The notes beneath the pieces were generated by a model, which ran no database searches, was not told where the DNA came from, and was given only the letters and a program-made list of their open reading frames with translations. From assembly GCA_045863395.1 (NCBI GenBank), contig BTVJ01000005.1, positions 128,001 to 192,000 on the forward strand: a DNA stretch of 64,000 bases, written 5' to 3'. The stretch is from Myxococcales bacterium (GTDB taxonomy: Bacteria; Myxococcota_A; UBA9042; JABWCM01; BTVJ01). Made by a program: the position numbers and the translations under genes. Below, in pieces: positions 10,003 through 20,569 of this stretch (position 1 is its first letter; every line of letters begins with the position of its first letter).

Positions 10003-13000
10003 CTATCGCGCAGCGAGGCGATCATGGTCGGCCCTGGCCTGCGTGCCATAGCGCCCGCTCGGATCCACCCTCATCGCGACGGCGTAGTTGAGGATGGCGC
10101 CCTCGCCATCCCCCAGCTTCTCGAGGACCTGGCCCAGGTGCCAGTAGCTCTCCGACAAGGATGACCCGAGCTTCTCCTCCATCTGCCGGATGCTGGCGCG
10201 GATCAGGTCCGCCGCCTCCTCATAGCGGCCGAGCTGGTAGAGCACCCAGCCCTCGGTGTCGAGGTAGTAGACGTTCTGCGACGGGTCCAGCGCGCGCGCC
10301 CGGCGGACCAGCGCGAGCGCCTCCTCCAGGTTCTCGCCGCGTCGCGCGAAGAGATAGGCCAGGTTGTTGTGGAGCGCCGAGTCGGCGGGCCACCGCGCCA
10401 GGGCCTCGCGGTAGACGGCCACCGCGCCGGGCACGTCCCCGCTGGACTCCAGGACATCCGACTTCAGCGTCACGAACCAGGCCGCGGAGGGGTCCGAGCG
10501 GAGCAGCTCCGACACGTACCCGAGGGACAGGGCGCGCAGAGCAGCCCGCTGCTCGGGGAGCAGGGCCACGTCGGTGCGGTCGTTGACCTCGCGAATGACG
10601 GACGCAATGCCCTGTAGCACCGCAGAGCGATCATCGCTGAGCTGCGCCACCCGATCGAAGTGGGCGCGGGCGAGCTCGATGTGACCGGCGAGCAGGGCGC
10701 GCTTCGCATACTCCAGGTGGCCATCCGGCAGGTTGTAGCCGAGGGCGTCGAAGCGGGCCATGGCGCGCTCGGCATCGTCACCGCGCCCGAGGCCAAGCAA
10801 GGCGGCTCCGCGTACCAGGAGGGCGCCCGGCAGGTCCGCCCGGCGCGCCAGCGACAGGTCGGCCAGGTCGAGTGCGAGGGCCGCGCTCATGTCGATGCCC
10901 TCCAAGTACTGGTAGGCGGCCTCCATGAGGGCGAGCTCTGGCAGGGGCGCGAGGCGGGCGGCTTCGACGAAGGCCGCCCGCGCACCGGGCTCGTCCCCGG
11001 CGCGGAGGCGGCCCAGGCCTCGGAGCTGGTGGAGCCGCCAGGCGTCGGGCTCCACCTCGAGGCCGCGGTCCAGGACGAGTGCGGCGTCCTGAGCGCGCCC
11101 CGCGGCCAGGAGCTCCCGGGCCACGTGGCGGTAGGCCGTGGGCTTGCGCCCGCTCAGCTCGATGAAGCGCTCGAAGGACTCCCGCGAGAGGTCGACACGA
11201 CCCGAGCGCAGGGCCGCGTCGGCCACCTTGAAGGCCAGATCCGCGCTGCCACGGTCCTTGACCAGCAGCCTGCGCCGGGCCTCGGCCGCCAGATCCCAGC
11301 GGAGCCTCCGCGCCATCTGGTCCGCGAGGCGCCCGAGCTCCTCGTCGGGATCCGGCGAGCGCTCAAGCAGCCCCTCCACTCCCCGCCACAGCGCCTCGTC
11401 ATCGCCCCCGAGCAGGTGCACCGCCACCATCTGGCGCCAGGGCTCGGGGCTTGCCGGGTCGATCCGGGCCCAGCCCTCCAGCGCGCGAGCGGCTTGGGGC
11501 CACTGCTGGACCTCGAACATCACTGACGCGAGCCCACGCAGGGCGTCGAGGCGATTGTCCTGGCTGGCGAGCACCGCATCGTAGAGGGCATCGACGCCTG
11601 AGCGATCACCGCGCAGCAGCAGGAGCTTGACCGCGAGGCCCAGGCCGGGGCCCCAGGTGCGCGGGTCACCCGAGAGGGCAACCGAGCGCGCGAGGGGCTC
11701 CGCGAGGTCGGAGTAGCCGCCGTCGAAGCAAGCCGCGGCGAGGCGCAGGGCGATGCCGGGGTCCCCAGGAATGACGCGTTCGCGCAGGCGCTCGATCTGG
11801 GTCCGCGAGGAGGAGACGTCACCCGCCCGCAGGGTCAGCTCCAGCAACAGCACCGATGCGGCGGGCATCATCCGCTGCTCCAACGCCTCGGCGAGCACCT
11901 CGATGGCCTCCGGCACGCGCCCAGCCGCAAGGACGTGGGCCCCGAGCACCCGCGCGGTGGCGTCGTCGAGGAGCCCGCCCCGCGCCAGGAACGCGCGCAG
12001 CTCCGCGAGGGCCCGTGGCGCGTCTCCCTCATCCAGCAGCAGCGCGACGAGCGCGACCAGCAGCGTGGGGTCGTCCCCGACGGACTCGAGGGCTCCCGCC
12101 AACACGGCGACGGCGTCGGCGGCCAACCCCGCGGCGCGGTAGGCCTGCGACGCGGCGATGGCCCGGCTCGCAGGGTCGTCCTGGCCGTCCTGGCCGGGTG
12201 GCATGCCGGCGGCTCCCGCCTCACGCTGGGGAGGCGCGTGCAGGTAGAGCTCGAGCCAGCGGCGACCCTCGTCCGTCTTTCCATCCGCGAGCAGCCGCAG
12301 CGCGATGATCCGTCGGATCTCGGAGCGCGGACGCACCCGGTCCGCCTCGATGAGATAGCGCACCATCTGATCGAAGCGGCTCGCCTCCGCGTACGCCAGC
12401 GCCGCATCCCAGTATGCCTGCTCCATGTCCCTGGCCGTCACGAGGTACTGGGCAACCGCTGCGTCCAGATCCCCCCCCTCGCCCGAGAACAGCAGCGTGC
12501 GGGCGAGCTGCTGCAGCGCGTCGCCAGAGGCGCCGACCAGCGGCTGCTCCAGGGCCTTTCGATAGTGGGTGATCGCCTTGTCCAGCTCGTCGTGGCGCTG
12601 GTACACGTCGGCGAGCTTCGCGGCGCCGAGCTCGTCCAGGCGCAGGTAGCGGAAGGCCGCTTGATCCGCCTCGGCGGACTGACCCACCTCCAGCAGCAGG
12701 TCCACGAGCTGGAGCTGGTACGCAGGCTCCTGCGGCGCTTGGGCGATGGCACGCCGGGTCAGATCGATGGCGAGGTCGATGCGCTCCGTCCGATCATAGA
12801 GGGCCCGGGCCCGGTCGAGGACCTCCTTCGGGTCCTTGGAGAGCCCGAGCGCCAGCACCACGTCATCGTGGGCGGCCTTCATGTTCCCCTCCCGGGCGCT
12901 CAGCTCCGCTCGGGCAAAGTGGAGCCATGGGTCCTTCCGGCCCTTCGAGAGCGCCTGATCGATCAGGGCCCGCGCGCGACCGTGCAGCCCCCGACGCTCC

Positions 13001-15849
13001 AGGAGCTTGATTGCATCCAGCACTGCGCTCACCGTGAAGCCCCGCAGGCTGACGAGGCGATCGAGCTCCTCCACGCCCGCCCGCTCGTCACCGGCGAGGA
13101 GCAGCTCCTCGGCGATGTGGGCCATGGCCTCCTGGTCGCCGGGCCGGTCGACCAGGATCTCGCGATAGACGCGGATGGCCTCCACGCGCAGACCCAGTGA
13201 GCGCAGCTGCTCCGCTGCCCGGGAGCGGGCGGACGTGCGGTTGCCCTGCAGCAGCACATAGTTGCGCGCCAGCTCTGGGACCTCGTCCCGGCGCCCCGCC
13301 TTGACGAGGGCGTCCGTGTACCGCGGGAAGAGGTTGTCCAGGTTGCGCCGGTTCTCGGCCACGAAGGCCGCCTCGAAGTGCCTCAGCGCCCTGGTGAGCT
13401 CGCTGGCCTCGTAATACTGTTGGGCCACGCGGACATGGGCGCCGGGCTTGTCGGGCTCCGCCTCCACCACCTGGGCAAACGCGCGCTCCGCGCGCTCGGT
13501 CTGGCGCAGCTTGAGCAACGCCACTCCCTGGTTGAAGGACACGGCCTGTCGCTCCGACGCGGAGGCCATCGCCAGGTCGTAGGCGCGCACGGCCAGATCC
13601 CAGAGCTGCGCGTTGAAGAGCTGGTCACCGAGCGCCCGCATCTCTCGTGGCTTGGCTCCGCCAGCGTCGAGGAAGCGCTCGAAGTGATGCCGTGAGCGCG
13701 CGATGTCGCCCCGCTTCGCGTACATCCTCGCCAGGCGGCGGTGGACCTCCGGGTCCTTGACGTCGTCGGCGCCGAGCGCCCCGACGACGCGGGCGGCCTC
13801 CGCCTCGTGGCCCTTGCCGATCAGGTACAGAGCCACCTTCTCTACGGCCGCACCCCTCTCTGGCGCCCGCTCCACGTAGCGCTGGAACGCGGTGATCGCC
13901 TGGTCGAGGCGCTTCGCCGCGACGTAGGCCTGGCCGAGCAGGAAGCTCGCCTCGGCGTCGGCCGGGTCCAGGCGGGCGATCTCCTCCTGAACGAGGACCT
14001 GGAGCTCCACCATCGTCGCCTGCGGGCGGATGCGCTGCGCGATGAGACGGGCTGCGGCGAGGCGATCCGGGGATCGCTCCAGCAGGGCGCGGAAGTAGAC
14101 TGCCGCCTTGTCTGGGTCCCGGCGCTTGCCCGACAGGAAGGCGGACCCCAGGAGCTGGAGCGCCTCGGCCGCCTCCGCGTCTCGGCCCGGGGGAGCCGCA
14201 GCCACCGCCTCCAGCAGCGGGACCCCGCGGTCCGCGTCACCGCGGTCCATGTACCGGCGCCCGACGGCGAGGCGGGCGCCGATGGGATCGGACGCGGACG
14301 CCATGAAGCGGTCCATGGTCTTGGTCTCGTTCGAGTGGTCATCGCGGGAGCGGTAGATGTCGGCCAGCGCGACGGACGCGCGCTGGAGCCCCGGGCGGGC
14401 CTCCAGCGCCCCCTGGAGCGCCACCACCGCCTTGTCGTGGAGCTTGAGGTCGGCGTAGAGGAGCCCAACCTCCTCATGCGCGATGGCGCGGTCCGGTGCG
14501 CGGCCGACGTAGGCCAGGAGCTCCTTGTCCCGCGCGTCGTCATGGCCCAGCTCGTGCTCCAGCCTCCCCACCTGGAGCAGGAGCGCGGGGTCTGCACCCG
14601 GGAGGGCCAGGGCGCGCCGGTAGAGGTCGATGGCCTCCTGCTGCTGCCCCAGGGACGCCAGGGCCTTGGCGGCGTCCTCGGCCGCTGCTCGGGTGCCGGC
14701 CAGCTCCACGAAGCTCAAGTAGAGGGGCACGAGCTTGTCGCGATCACCGACCCTCAGGTAGAGGCGGGCCAGGACGTTGCGAGGCTCCAGGTTGGTCGGT
14801 TCGAGTTCGATCGCCTCTTGGAGCGCCTCGATGGCGAGCTGGGGAGCCTGGAACTTGATGTAGAGGCGCGCCGCGGCCTCCCGAGCCTCCACCTGTGCGG
14901 CGGCGGGGAGCGTCGCGTAGTGGCGACCGAAGGCGGCCTTGGCGTCGTCGAGGCGGCGTAGCTTCAGGTAGAGCACCGCGAGGTCACCGAACAGCCCCTC
15001 CTGGGTCGGGTCCAGCTCGGCAGAGCGCCGGTACGCCTGCTCGGCTGGGTCGAACTTGAAGTTGGACTCGTAGAAGTTCGCCAGCTCGCGCAGCACCCGC
15101 GCGCTGCTGGCCTGGTCCACCCCCTTGCCCTTGAGGTACGTGTCGAGCTCGCGGGCGGCCTCGTCGGCCTGGCCGAGGAGGGTGTGCACGCGGCCCCGAC
15201 GAAAGGCCAGATCCACCGGGTCGGCAAACGGGGCGGCCTTGTCGTATGCGGCCAGGGCGTCGCGGTAGTAGCCGGCGTCATAGGCGGCATCGCCGGCCCC
15301 CAGGAAGGCAGCGGCGATGCGGGCCCGGTCGGCCTCGTCGGGAGCCCCCGCTGCCGCCAGGCGCCCAGCGTACCCGGACGCCTCCTTGTACGCCCCTCCC
15401 GCGAGCGCCTCGTCGATGGCCCCGCGAAGGGCGGCCGCGCGAAGGTCGCCGGGGTGCTCCGCATAGCGCGGGTCCAGCGCCTCGGCCGCCGCCACGTGCT
15501 CGGCCGCCTCCGCCGCCCGCCCACGGGCCAAGGCGTTGACGGCGAGCCAGTGGAGCGCGTCCACGCTGCTCGGAAGCAACGACGTCGCCTGGCGCAGCGA
15601 GGGCTCCGCCTCCTCGTGGCGCCCGGCCTGCTCCAAGGCGATGCCGAGCCGCAGCGCGGCCTCCCCGTCCCCCGGGGCCTGCGCGGCGGCGGCGCGAAGG
15701 GCCGGCTCGGTGGCCTCGATGGGACCATCGGGGAGCAGGTCGTCTCGAAGCAGGGCCTTGCCGCAGCCCGCGCTCGCCAGGAGGGCGAGGAGCACGACGC
15801 AGGCGGGTGCGTAGGAGGAGCGGAGCCGGCGGTTGAGTGTGGCGGTCAT
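10003..15849 (-). CDS. Giant TPR-repeat lipoprotein (~1,950 aa)
   Basis: Lipobox LASAG-C; TPR-like helical repeats throughout; C-terminal NNLAY...YLDTEGWVLYQLG...YWHLG repeats; alternative start 15900. Confidence 0.85.
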   Translation of the reverse strand: MTATLNRRLRSSYAPACVVLLALLASAGCGKALLRDDLLPDGPIEATEPALRAAAAQAPGDGEAALRLGIALEQAGRHEEAEPSLRQATSLLPSSVDALHWLAVNALARGRAAEAAEHVAAAEALDPRYAEHPGDLRAAALRGAIDEALAGGAYKEASGYAGRLAAAGAPDEADRARIAAAFLGAGDAAYDAGYYRDALAAYDKAAPFADPVDLAFRRGRVHTLLGQADEAARELDTYLKGKGVDQASSARVLRELANFYESNFKFDPAEQAYRRSAELDPTQEGLFGDLAVLYLKLRRLDDAKAAFGRHYATLPAAAQVEAREAAARLYIKFQAPQLAIEALQEAIELEPTNLEPRNVLARLYLRVGDRDKLVPLYLSFVELAGTRAAAEDAAKALASLGQQQEAIDLYRRALALPGADPALLLQVGRLEHELGHDDARDKELLAYVGRAPDRAIAHEEVGLLYADLKLHDKAVVALQGALEARPGLQRASVALADIYRSRDDHSNETKTMDRFMASASDPIGARLAVGRRYMDRGDADRGVPLLEAVAAAPPGRDAEAAEALQLLGSAFLSGKRRDPDKAAVYFRALLERSPDRLAAARLIAQRIRPQATMVELQVLVQEEIARLDPADAEASFLLGQAYVAAKRLDQAITAFQRYVERAPERGAAVEKVALYLIGKGHEAEAARVVGALGADDVKDPEVHRRLARMYAKRGDIARSRHHFERFLDAGGAKPREMRALGDQLFNAQLWDLAVRAYDLAMASASERQAVSFNQGVALLKLRQTERAERAFAQVVEAEPDKPGAHVRVAQQYYEASELTRALRHFEAAFVAENRRNLDNLFPRYTDALVKAGRRDEVPELARNYVLLQGNRTSARSRAAEQLRSLGLRVEAIRVYREILVDRPGDQEAMAHIAEELLLAGDERAGVEELDRLVSLRGFTVSAVLDAIKLLERRGLHGRARALIDQALSKGRKDPWLHFARAELSAREGNMKAAHDDVVLALGLSKDPKEVLDRARALYDRTERIDLAIDLTRRAIAQAPQEPAYQLQLVDLLLEVGQSAEADQAAFRYLRLDELGAAKLADVYQRHDELDKAITHYRKALEQPLVGASGDALQQLARTLLFSGEGGDLDAAVAQYLVTARDMEQAYWDAALAYAEASRFDQMVRYLIEADRVRPRSEIRRIIALRLLADGKTDEGRRWLELYLHAPPQREAGAAGMPPGQDGQDDPASRAIAASQAYRAAGLAADAVAVLAGALESVGDDPTLLVALVALLLDEGDAPRALAELRAFLARGGLLDDATARVLGAHVLAAGRVPEAIEVLAEALEQRMMPAASVLLLELTLRAGDVSSSRTQIERLRERVIPGDPGIALRLAAACFDGGYSDLAEPLARSVALSGDPRTWGPGLGLAVKLLLLRGDRSGVDALYDAVLASQDNRLDALRGLASVMFEVQQWPQAARALEGWARIDPASPEPWRQMVAVHLLGGDDEALWRGVEGLLERSPDPDEELGRLADQMARRLRWDLAAEARRRLLVKDRGSADLAFKVADAALRSGRVDLSRESFERFIELSGRKPTAYRHVARELLAAGRAQDAALVLDRGLEVEPDAWRLHQLRGLGRLRAGDEPGARAAFVEAARLAPLPELALMEAAYQYLEGIDMSAALALDLADLSLARRADLPGALLVRGAALLGLGRGDDAERAMARFDALGYNLPDGHLEYAKRALLAGHIELARAHFDRVAQLSDDRSAVLQGIASVIREVNDRTDVALLPEQRAALRALSLGYVSELLRSDPSAAWFVTLKSDVLESSGDVPGAVAVYREALARWPADSALHNNLAYLFARRGENLEEALALVRRARALDPSQNVYYLDTEGWVLYQLGRYEEAADLIRASIRQMEEKLGSSLSESYWHLGQVLEKLGDGEGAILNYAVAMRVDPSGRYGTQARADHDRLAAR

Positions 15850-15915
15850 CGCGTCCTCGAACAACGGGCTCGGGTGATCGGTTCCCGGCAGGGCCACCAT
15901 GGCTCAGCCTCTACG

Positions 15916-17466
15916 TCAGCTCATCAGCGCGCGCGCGACCGCGTCGGCGAGGCCGTCGGCGGTGTGCGGCGAGGCCTCCGCGTGGACCGGGAGGCCGAGC
16001 GCGCGCGCGGCCGTCGAGGTCGTCGGGCCGATGGTCGCGATCCGGACCCGCCCGAGCAGGTCGAGGGCCTCCTCGCCCCCACCGAGGCGCCCCACGAGAT
16101 TGCGCACCGCCGACGGGCTCGTCAACGTGACGGCGTGGAGGGCACCACTTCGCAGGGCCTGTAGTGCGGGCCCCGGGTCCGGCTCCTCCGGGCAGACGGT
16201 GCGGTAGGCGGTGACCACGTCGATGAAGCCCCCCAGGGCCGCGATGCCCGCCGGGATGACGTCGCGTCCCTCGGCGGCGCGGGGCATGAGGAAGCGGCCG
16301 CTCGCCAGGCCCGCGCGTCCGAGCGCCTGCTCCAGGGCCGAGAGGACCCCCTCGGCGGTCGCCTCCTCGGGAACGAGATCGGCGACGATCCCGTGAGCTT
16401 CCAGGCGCTCTGCGGTGGCCGGACCCACTGCGCAGATGCAGACCGGCGCAAGAAGCCGGGCATCTCCGTTGAGCGCCCGAATCCGCTCGAACAAGGCATC
16501 GACGGCGTTGGCGCTGGTCAGGATGACCCACCCATAGGTGTCGAGACGCGCCAGGGCGCTGTCGAGGGGCGCCGTCGACTCCGGCGGCGCGAAGGCGAGC
16601 ACGGGCAGGACGAGCACGTCGGCCCCCAGCGCCTCGAGGGCCTCGACGAGGCCCCCGGCCTGCTCTCGGGCCCTCGTCACCAGCACCCGCGCCCCGTGCA
16701 GTGGCCGTCGATCGAACCATGCGATCTCGCTGCGGAGCGCCACCACGTCCCCGACGACCAGCGTGGCGGGAGACCCGATGGCGGCCGCCGCCGCGCGAGC
16801 CGCGATGTCGGCGAGGGTGCCGGTCACAGTGCGCTGGGCCGCCGTCGTGCCCCACTGGACCACCGCCGCGGGGGTCGCTGGAGCGCGCCCTCCGGCGACC
16901 ATGGCCGCCGCGATGGCGGCCAGGCGCCGCGCGCCCATCAGCACGACCAGCGTGTCGGCCGCCGTCGCCATGCGCTCCCAGCGCACCCGATCCATGGGGC
17001 GGGCCGGGTCCTCGTGGCCGGTGACCACCAGCAGCGAGGAGGACGCGCGGCGATCCGTCACGGGGATCCCCGCATAGGCCGGCACGGCGAGGGCGGCGCT
17101 CGGCCCGGGGACCACCTCGAAGGGTACGCCGTGGGCAGCCAGCCACGCGGCCTCCTCGCCGCCCCGCCCGAAGAGGAAGGGGTCGCCCCCCTTCAGTCTC
17201 ACGACGAGGCGCGCGCGGCGGGCCCGGTCGACGAGCAGCTCGTTGATCTGCTGCTGGGAGAGGGCGCGCGCCCCGGCCCACTTGCCGGCGTAGATGCGCT
17301 CGGCCTCCGGTCGCGCGGCATCGAGCAGCGCCGCGGACACCAGGTGATCGTGGACCACCACGTCGGCGGCCCGGAGGCGCTCCATTCCACGGACCGTGAT
17401 GAGCCCGGGGTCACCAGGACCAGCCCCCACGAGGGAGACCAGCCCGACGGCGCGTGCCTCACGCAC
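15916..17466 (-). CDS. cobA: Fused uroporphyrinogen-III C-methyltransferase / uroporphyrinogen-III synthase (CobA-HemD)
   Basis: LVGAGPGDPGLITVRG, RLKGGDPFLFGRGGEE, then HemD region VLVTRAREQA, TSANAV, TSPSAV, IGPTT. Confidence 0.95.
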   Translation of the reverse strand: MREARAVGLVSLVGAGPGDPGLITVRGMERLRAADVVVHDHLVSAALLDAARPEAERIYAGKWAGARALSQQQINELLVDRARRARLVVRLKGGDPFLFGRGGEEAAWLAAHGVPFEVVPGPSAALAVPAYAGIPVTDRRASSSLLVVTGHEDPARPMDRVRWERMATAADTLVVLMGARRLAAIAAAMVAGGRAPATPAAVVQWGTTAAQRTVTGTLADIAARAAAAAIGSPATLVVGDVVALRSEIAWFDRRPLHGARVLVTRAREQAGGLVEALEALGADVLVLPVLAFAPPESTAPLDSALARLDTYGWVILTSANAVDALFERIRALNGDARLLAPVCICAVGPATAERLEAHGIVADLVPEEATAEGVLSALEQALGRAGLASGRFLMPRAAEGRDVIPAGIAALGGFIDVVTAYRTVCPEEPDPGPALQALRSGALHAVTLTSPSAVRNLVGRLGGGEEALDLLGRVRIATIGPTTSTAARALGLPVHAEASPHTADGLADAVARALMS

Positions 17467-18403
17467 CCGTGCCCTCGGGGGTCACGCCGATGGCGGCGAG
17501 GATGTCGAGCCCCCCGTCGGCGAGCAGCCGGTCGGCGAGGCGCAGGCCGATGACGGCCGCGTCCTCGGGCGCCCCGGAGTCCTCGCCGCGCACGATGCGG
17601 GACCCGTCCGGGGCGGCGATCAGCGCTCGCAGCCGGAGCGCGCCGCCCTCGACCACCGCGAACCCGGCGACAGGGGTGACGCAGCTCCCGCCGAGGCGCC
17701 GCATCACGGCGCGCTCCGCTGTGACCGCCGCGGCGGTGGCCGGGTGATCGAGGCGCGTCAGCCCCTCGCGCAGGGCGGCGTGGTCCTCGCGTGTCTCCAG
17801 CGCGAGCGCCCCCTGCCCGATGGCCGGGAGCATCTCGTCGGCGCTGAGCACCGCCCCCTTGACGTCGTGCAGCCCGAGGCGCCGCAGCCCGGCGTGGGCC
17901 AGGATGGTCGCGTCGAAGTCGCCCCGATCCACCTTGCCGAGGCGCGTCTCCACGTTGCCGCGGAGCTGCTCGACGCGCAGATCTGGCCGCAGCGCCAGGA
18001 TCTGCGAGCGGCGCCGCAGGCTGGACGAGCCGACGAGGGAGCCCGCGGGCACCTCGGCGAGAGGGCGACCGTCGCGGGTGATGAGCACATCGAAGGGGCT
18101 CTCCCGCTCCAGCGTCGCGGTGAGCACGAAGCCGGGCGGCAGGACCCCCGGGACGTCTTTCATGCTGTGGACCGCCAGGTCGACCTCGCCGAGGGCGAGA
18201 GCCTCTTCAATCTCTTTGATGAACAGCCCCTTGCCGCCGATCTCCGACAGGCTCCGGTCCTGGATGCGATCCCCGCTCGTCTTGATGATCTGCAGGTCGA
18301 CCCGCCCGGCGATGCCCGTGTCGACGAGCAGCTTCGCGATGTGCCGCGACTGCACGAGCGCCAGGTTGCTGCCCCGTGTCCCGATCCTGACCACTGGAAT
18401 CAT
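17459..18403 (-). CDS. hemC: Hydroxymethylbilane synthase
   Basis: RIGTRGSNLAL, GGKGLFIKEIE, AVHSMKDVP, SSLRR, LRGNVETRL, LGGSC. Confidence 0.97.
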   Translation of the reverse strand: MIPVVRIGTRGSNLALVQSRHIAKLLVDTGIAGRVDLQIIKTSGDRIQDRSLSEIGGKGLFIKEIEEALALGEVDLAVHSMKDVPGVLPPGFVLTATLERESPFDVLITRDGRPLAEVPAGSLVGSSSLRRRSQILALRPDLRVEQLRGNVETRLGKVDRGDFDATILAHAGLRRLGLHDVKGAVLSADEMLPAIGQGALALETREDHAALREGLTRLDHPATAAAVTAERAVMRRLGGSCVTPVAGFAVVEGGALRLRALIAAPDGSRIVRGEDSGAPEDAAVIGLRLADRLLADGGLDILAAIGVTPEGTGA

Positions 18404-18414
18404 CGGTCCTCCGC

Positions 18415-19755
18415 CTACGCGCTGTCGCGTGCCTGTTCGCTCCCGCGCTCGCCTGCCGCAGGCTCGGGCGCATGTGGCTCCTCGGCTGGCAGCGCGAACA
18501 GATCGCGCACGGCCTCCACCAGCCTCTGCCCGTCCACACCGCTGCTCTCGCGCTTGAGGCGCACGGTGGGCTCGTGCAGGAACTTGTTCACCATGGCCAT
18601 GGTCATGCGCTCGACCACCGCCCGCTGCTCGTCGGTCAAGGCGCGCAGCGTCTTGTCACTGCGCTCCAGCTCCGCGTCTCGAATCGCCATCACCCGCTTG
18701 CGCAGCGAGGCGATGGTCGGGGTGATCGTCGCCTCGGCAAGCCAGCGGGCGTGGCGCTGGACCTCGTCACGCACGACGAGGATCGCCTTGTCCACCTCGC
18801 GCTGCCGGTCCTCCTGGTTCTTCTTGGTGATCTGCTCGAGGTCGTCCACGTTGTAGAGGTAGACGTTCTCGATCTCGCCCACCCGCGGGTCCACGTCGCG
18901 CGGGACCGCGATGTCCACGAGGAACAGCGCCCGGTACTTGCGGCGCCGCATGACCTTGGCGACCAGGTCGGGCTCGATGACGAACAGCGGGCTGCCCGTC
19001 GACGAGATCACGATGTCCACGTGCTCCAGCAGAAACGGCAGGTCGCCGAAGGCCCGCGCCTGCCAGCCGTGCGCCTCCGCCAGCTTCACCGCGCGCTCGT
19101 AGCTCCGGTTCGCGATGAACACGTTGGAGGCGCCGTTCTCCTCCAGGTTCTGCGCAGCCAGCTCGGCCATCTCGCCCGCGCCGACGACCAGCACCGAGCA
19201 CTTGTCCAGGCTCTCGAAGATGCGCCGCGCCAGCTCGACGGCGACCCAGCTCACGCTGATGGCCCCCGCGGCCACCTGCGTCTCGGTGCGGACGCGCTTG
19301 GCAGCCCGGAACGCCCGCTCGAAGAGGGCGCGCAGCTCGGGGCCGACGGTGCCTGCGTCGGAGGAGCCCGCGAACGCCTCCTTGACCTGCCCCAGGATCT
19401 GGGGCTCGCCTACCACGAGGCTCTCCAGGCTGGACGCCACCCGGAAGAGGTGCTCCACCCCGTCGCCGCCAAGGATCGTGTAGGTGTGGCGGGCGAGGCG
19501 CTCGGTGGGGATCCGCTTCTCGCGGGCGTAGAAGTCGAACACCGCGGTCGCCAGGTCCTCCAGGCGGACACCGGGCCGTGCCACGGCATAGGTCTCGACG
19601 CGGTTGCAGGTGGACACCACCACTGCCTCGCCGACCTCCGGGCACTCGCAGAGGCGGTGCAGGACGCCGGGTAGATCGTCCCGCGCGATGGCCATCTGCT
19701 CGCGCACGTCGACCGGCGCAGACTTGTGGCTGAGCCCGAAGCACAGGAGCTTCAT
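18415..19755 (-). CDS. hemA: Glutamyl-tRNA reductase
   Basis: GLSHKSAPVDVRE, STCNRVE, SLVVGEPQILGQVK, GAGEM, DIAVPRD. Confidence 0.97.
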   Translation of the reverse strand: MKLLCFGLSHKSAPVDVREQMAIARDDLPGVLHRLCECPEVGEAVVVSTCNRVETYAVARPGVRLEDLATAVFDFYAREKRIPTERLARHTYTILGGDGVEHLFRVASSLESLVVGEPQILGQVKEAFAGSSDAGTVGPELRALFERAFRAAKRVRTETQVAAGAISVSWVAVELARRIFESLDKCSVLVVGAGEMAELAAQNLEENGASNVFIANRSYERAVKLAEAHGWQARAFGDLPFLLEHVDIVISSTGSPLFVIEPDLVAKVMRRRKYRALFLVDIAVPRDVDPRVGEIENVYLYNVDDLEQITKKNQEDRQREVDKAILVVRDEVQRHARWLAEATITPTIASLRKRVMAIRDAELERSDKTLRALTDEQRAVVERMTMAMVNKFLHEPTVRLKRESSGVDGQRLVEAVRDLFALPAEEPHAPEPAAGERGSEQARDSA

Positions 19756-19765
19756 CGTCCCACCC

Positions 19766-20569
19766 TCAAGCCATGGTCCGCGACATGTAGATCAAGACGA
19801 CCGACAAGGAGCTCAGGAAGCCGATGATCGTCAGCACGGCGGCGCGTCGCCCCTTCCACCCGATCGTGAGCCTGGAATAGAGGAGCAGACCATAGATGAC
19901 CCATGCGGCGATGGCCAGCACGTATTGGGGCGGGATACCGTGGTGCGCCATCTTTCCGACCCAGACCGCGCCGAGCACGATGCCGACGGTATAGACGGGG
20001 AACCCGATGAGGATCGCCCGGTGGTTGGCCCGCTCCAGGGACCCGAGGGGCGGGATGCGGCCCCGGGACGACACCAGCAGCTTGTGTTTCTTGAGGTTGT
20101 GGTCCTGCACGAGGTACAGGATGCTCACGACGAAGGCGACGGTGAAGGCGAGCACGCCGATGATGCTCGCCCCGATGTGGAGCGGCGTCACGAGCCCGAT
20201 GACCTGGTCGCGCACGGTCCCAGCCTGGCGGGCCCCCTCCCACACGCTGTAGAGCACGACCGTCACCACGGGTGTCAGGAAGGCGCCGCCCATGTTCCCG
20301 GGGCGCTTGAGGCTGGTCACGATGTACGCGCCCACGGCGATGAAGGACGCGACCAGGAGCAGATCCGTCGGGAGCCCCTCTGCGCCCCCTGCCCCCAGGA
20401 CGAAGCGCGCGATCAGCGCGCACCCGTGCAGCAACCATGCGCCGATCATGGTCGCCCTGCCGAAGCGGAGCGCGACCTCACGAAACCGGAGCAGGTACGC
20501 CATGTAGAAGACGGTGCTGTTCAGGTACCCGAGGCATGTCGCGATGATCAGCCACCCGACGGGGCTCAT
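19766..20569 (-). CDS. ccsA: CcsA/HemX-like cytochrome c assembly family membrane protein
   Basis: ~8 TM helices, conserved His (PLHIG), YLVQDHNLK, GAVW, GWKGRRAA; lies directly upstream of hemA. Confidence 0.8.
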   Translation of the reverse strand: MSPVGWLIIATCLGYLNSTVFYMAYLLRFREVALRFGRATMIGAWLLHGCALIARFVLGAGGAEGLPTDLLLVASFIAVGAYIVTSLKRPGNMGGAFLTPVVTVVLYSVWEGARQAGTVRDQVIGLVTPLHIGASIIGVLAFTVAFVVSILYLVQDHNLKKHKLLVSSRGRIPPLGSLERANHRAILIGFPVYTVGIVLGAVWVGKMAHHGIPPQYVLAIAAWVIYGLLLYSRLTIGWKGRRAAVLTIIGFLSSLSVVLIYMSRTMA

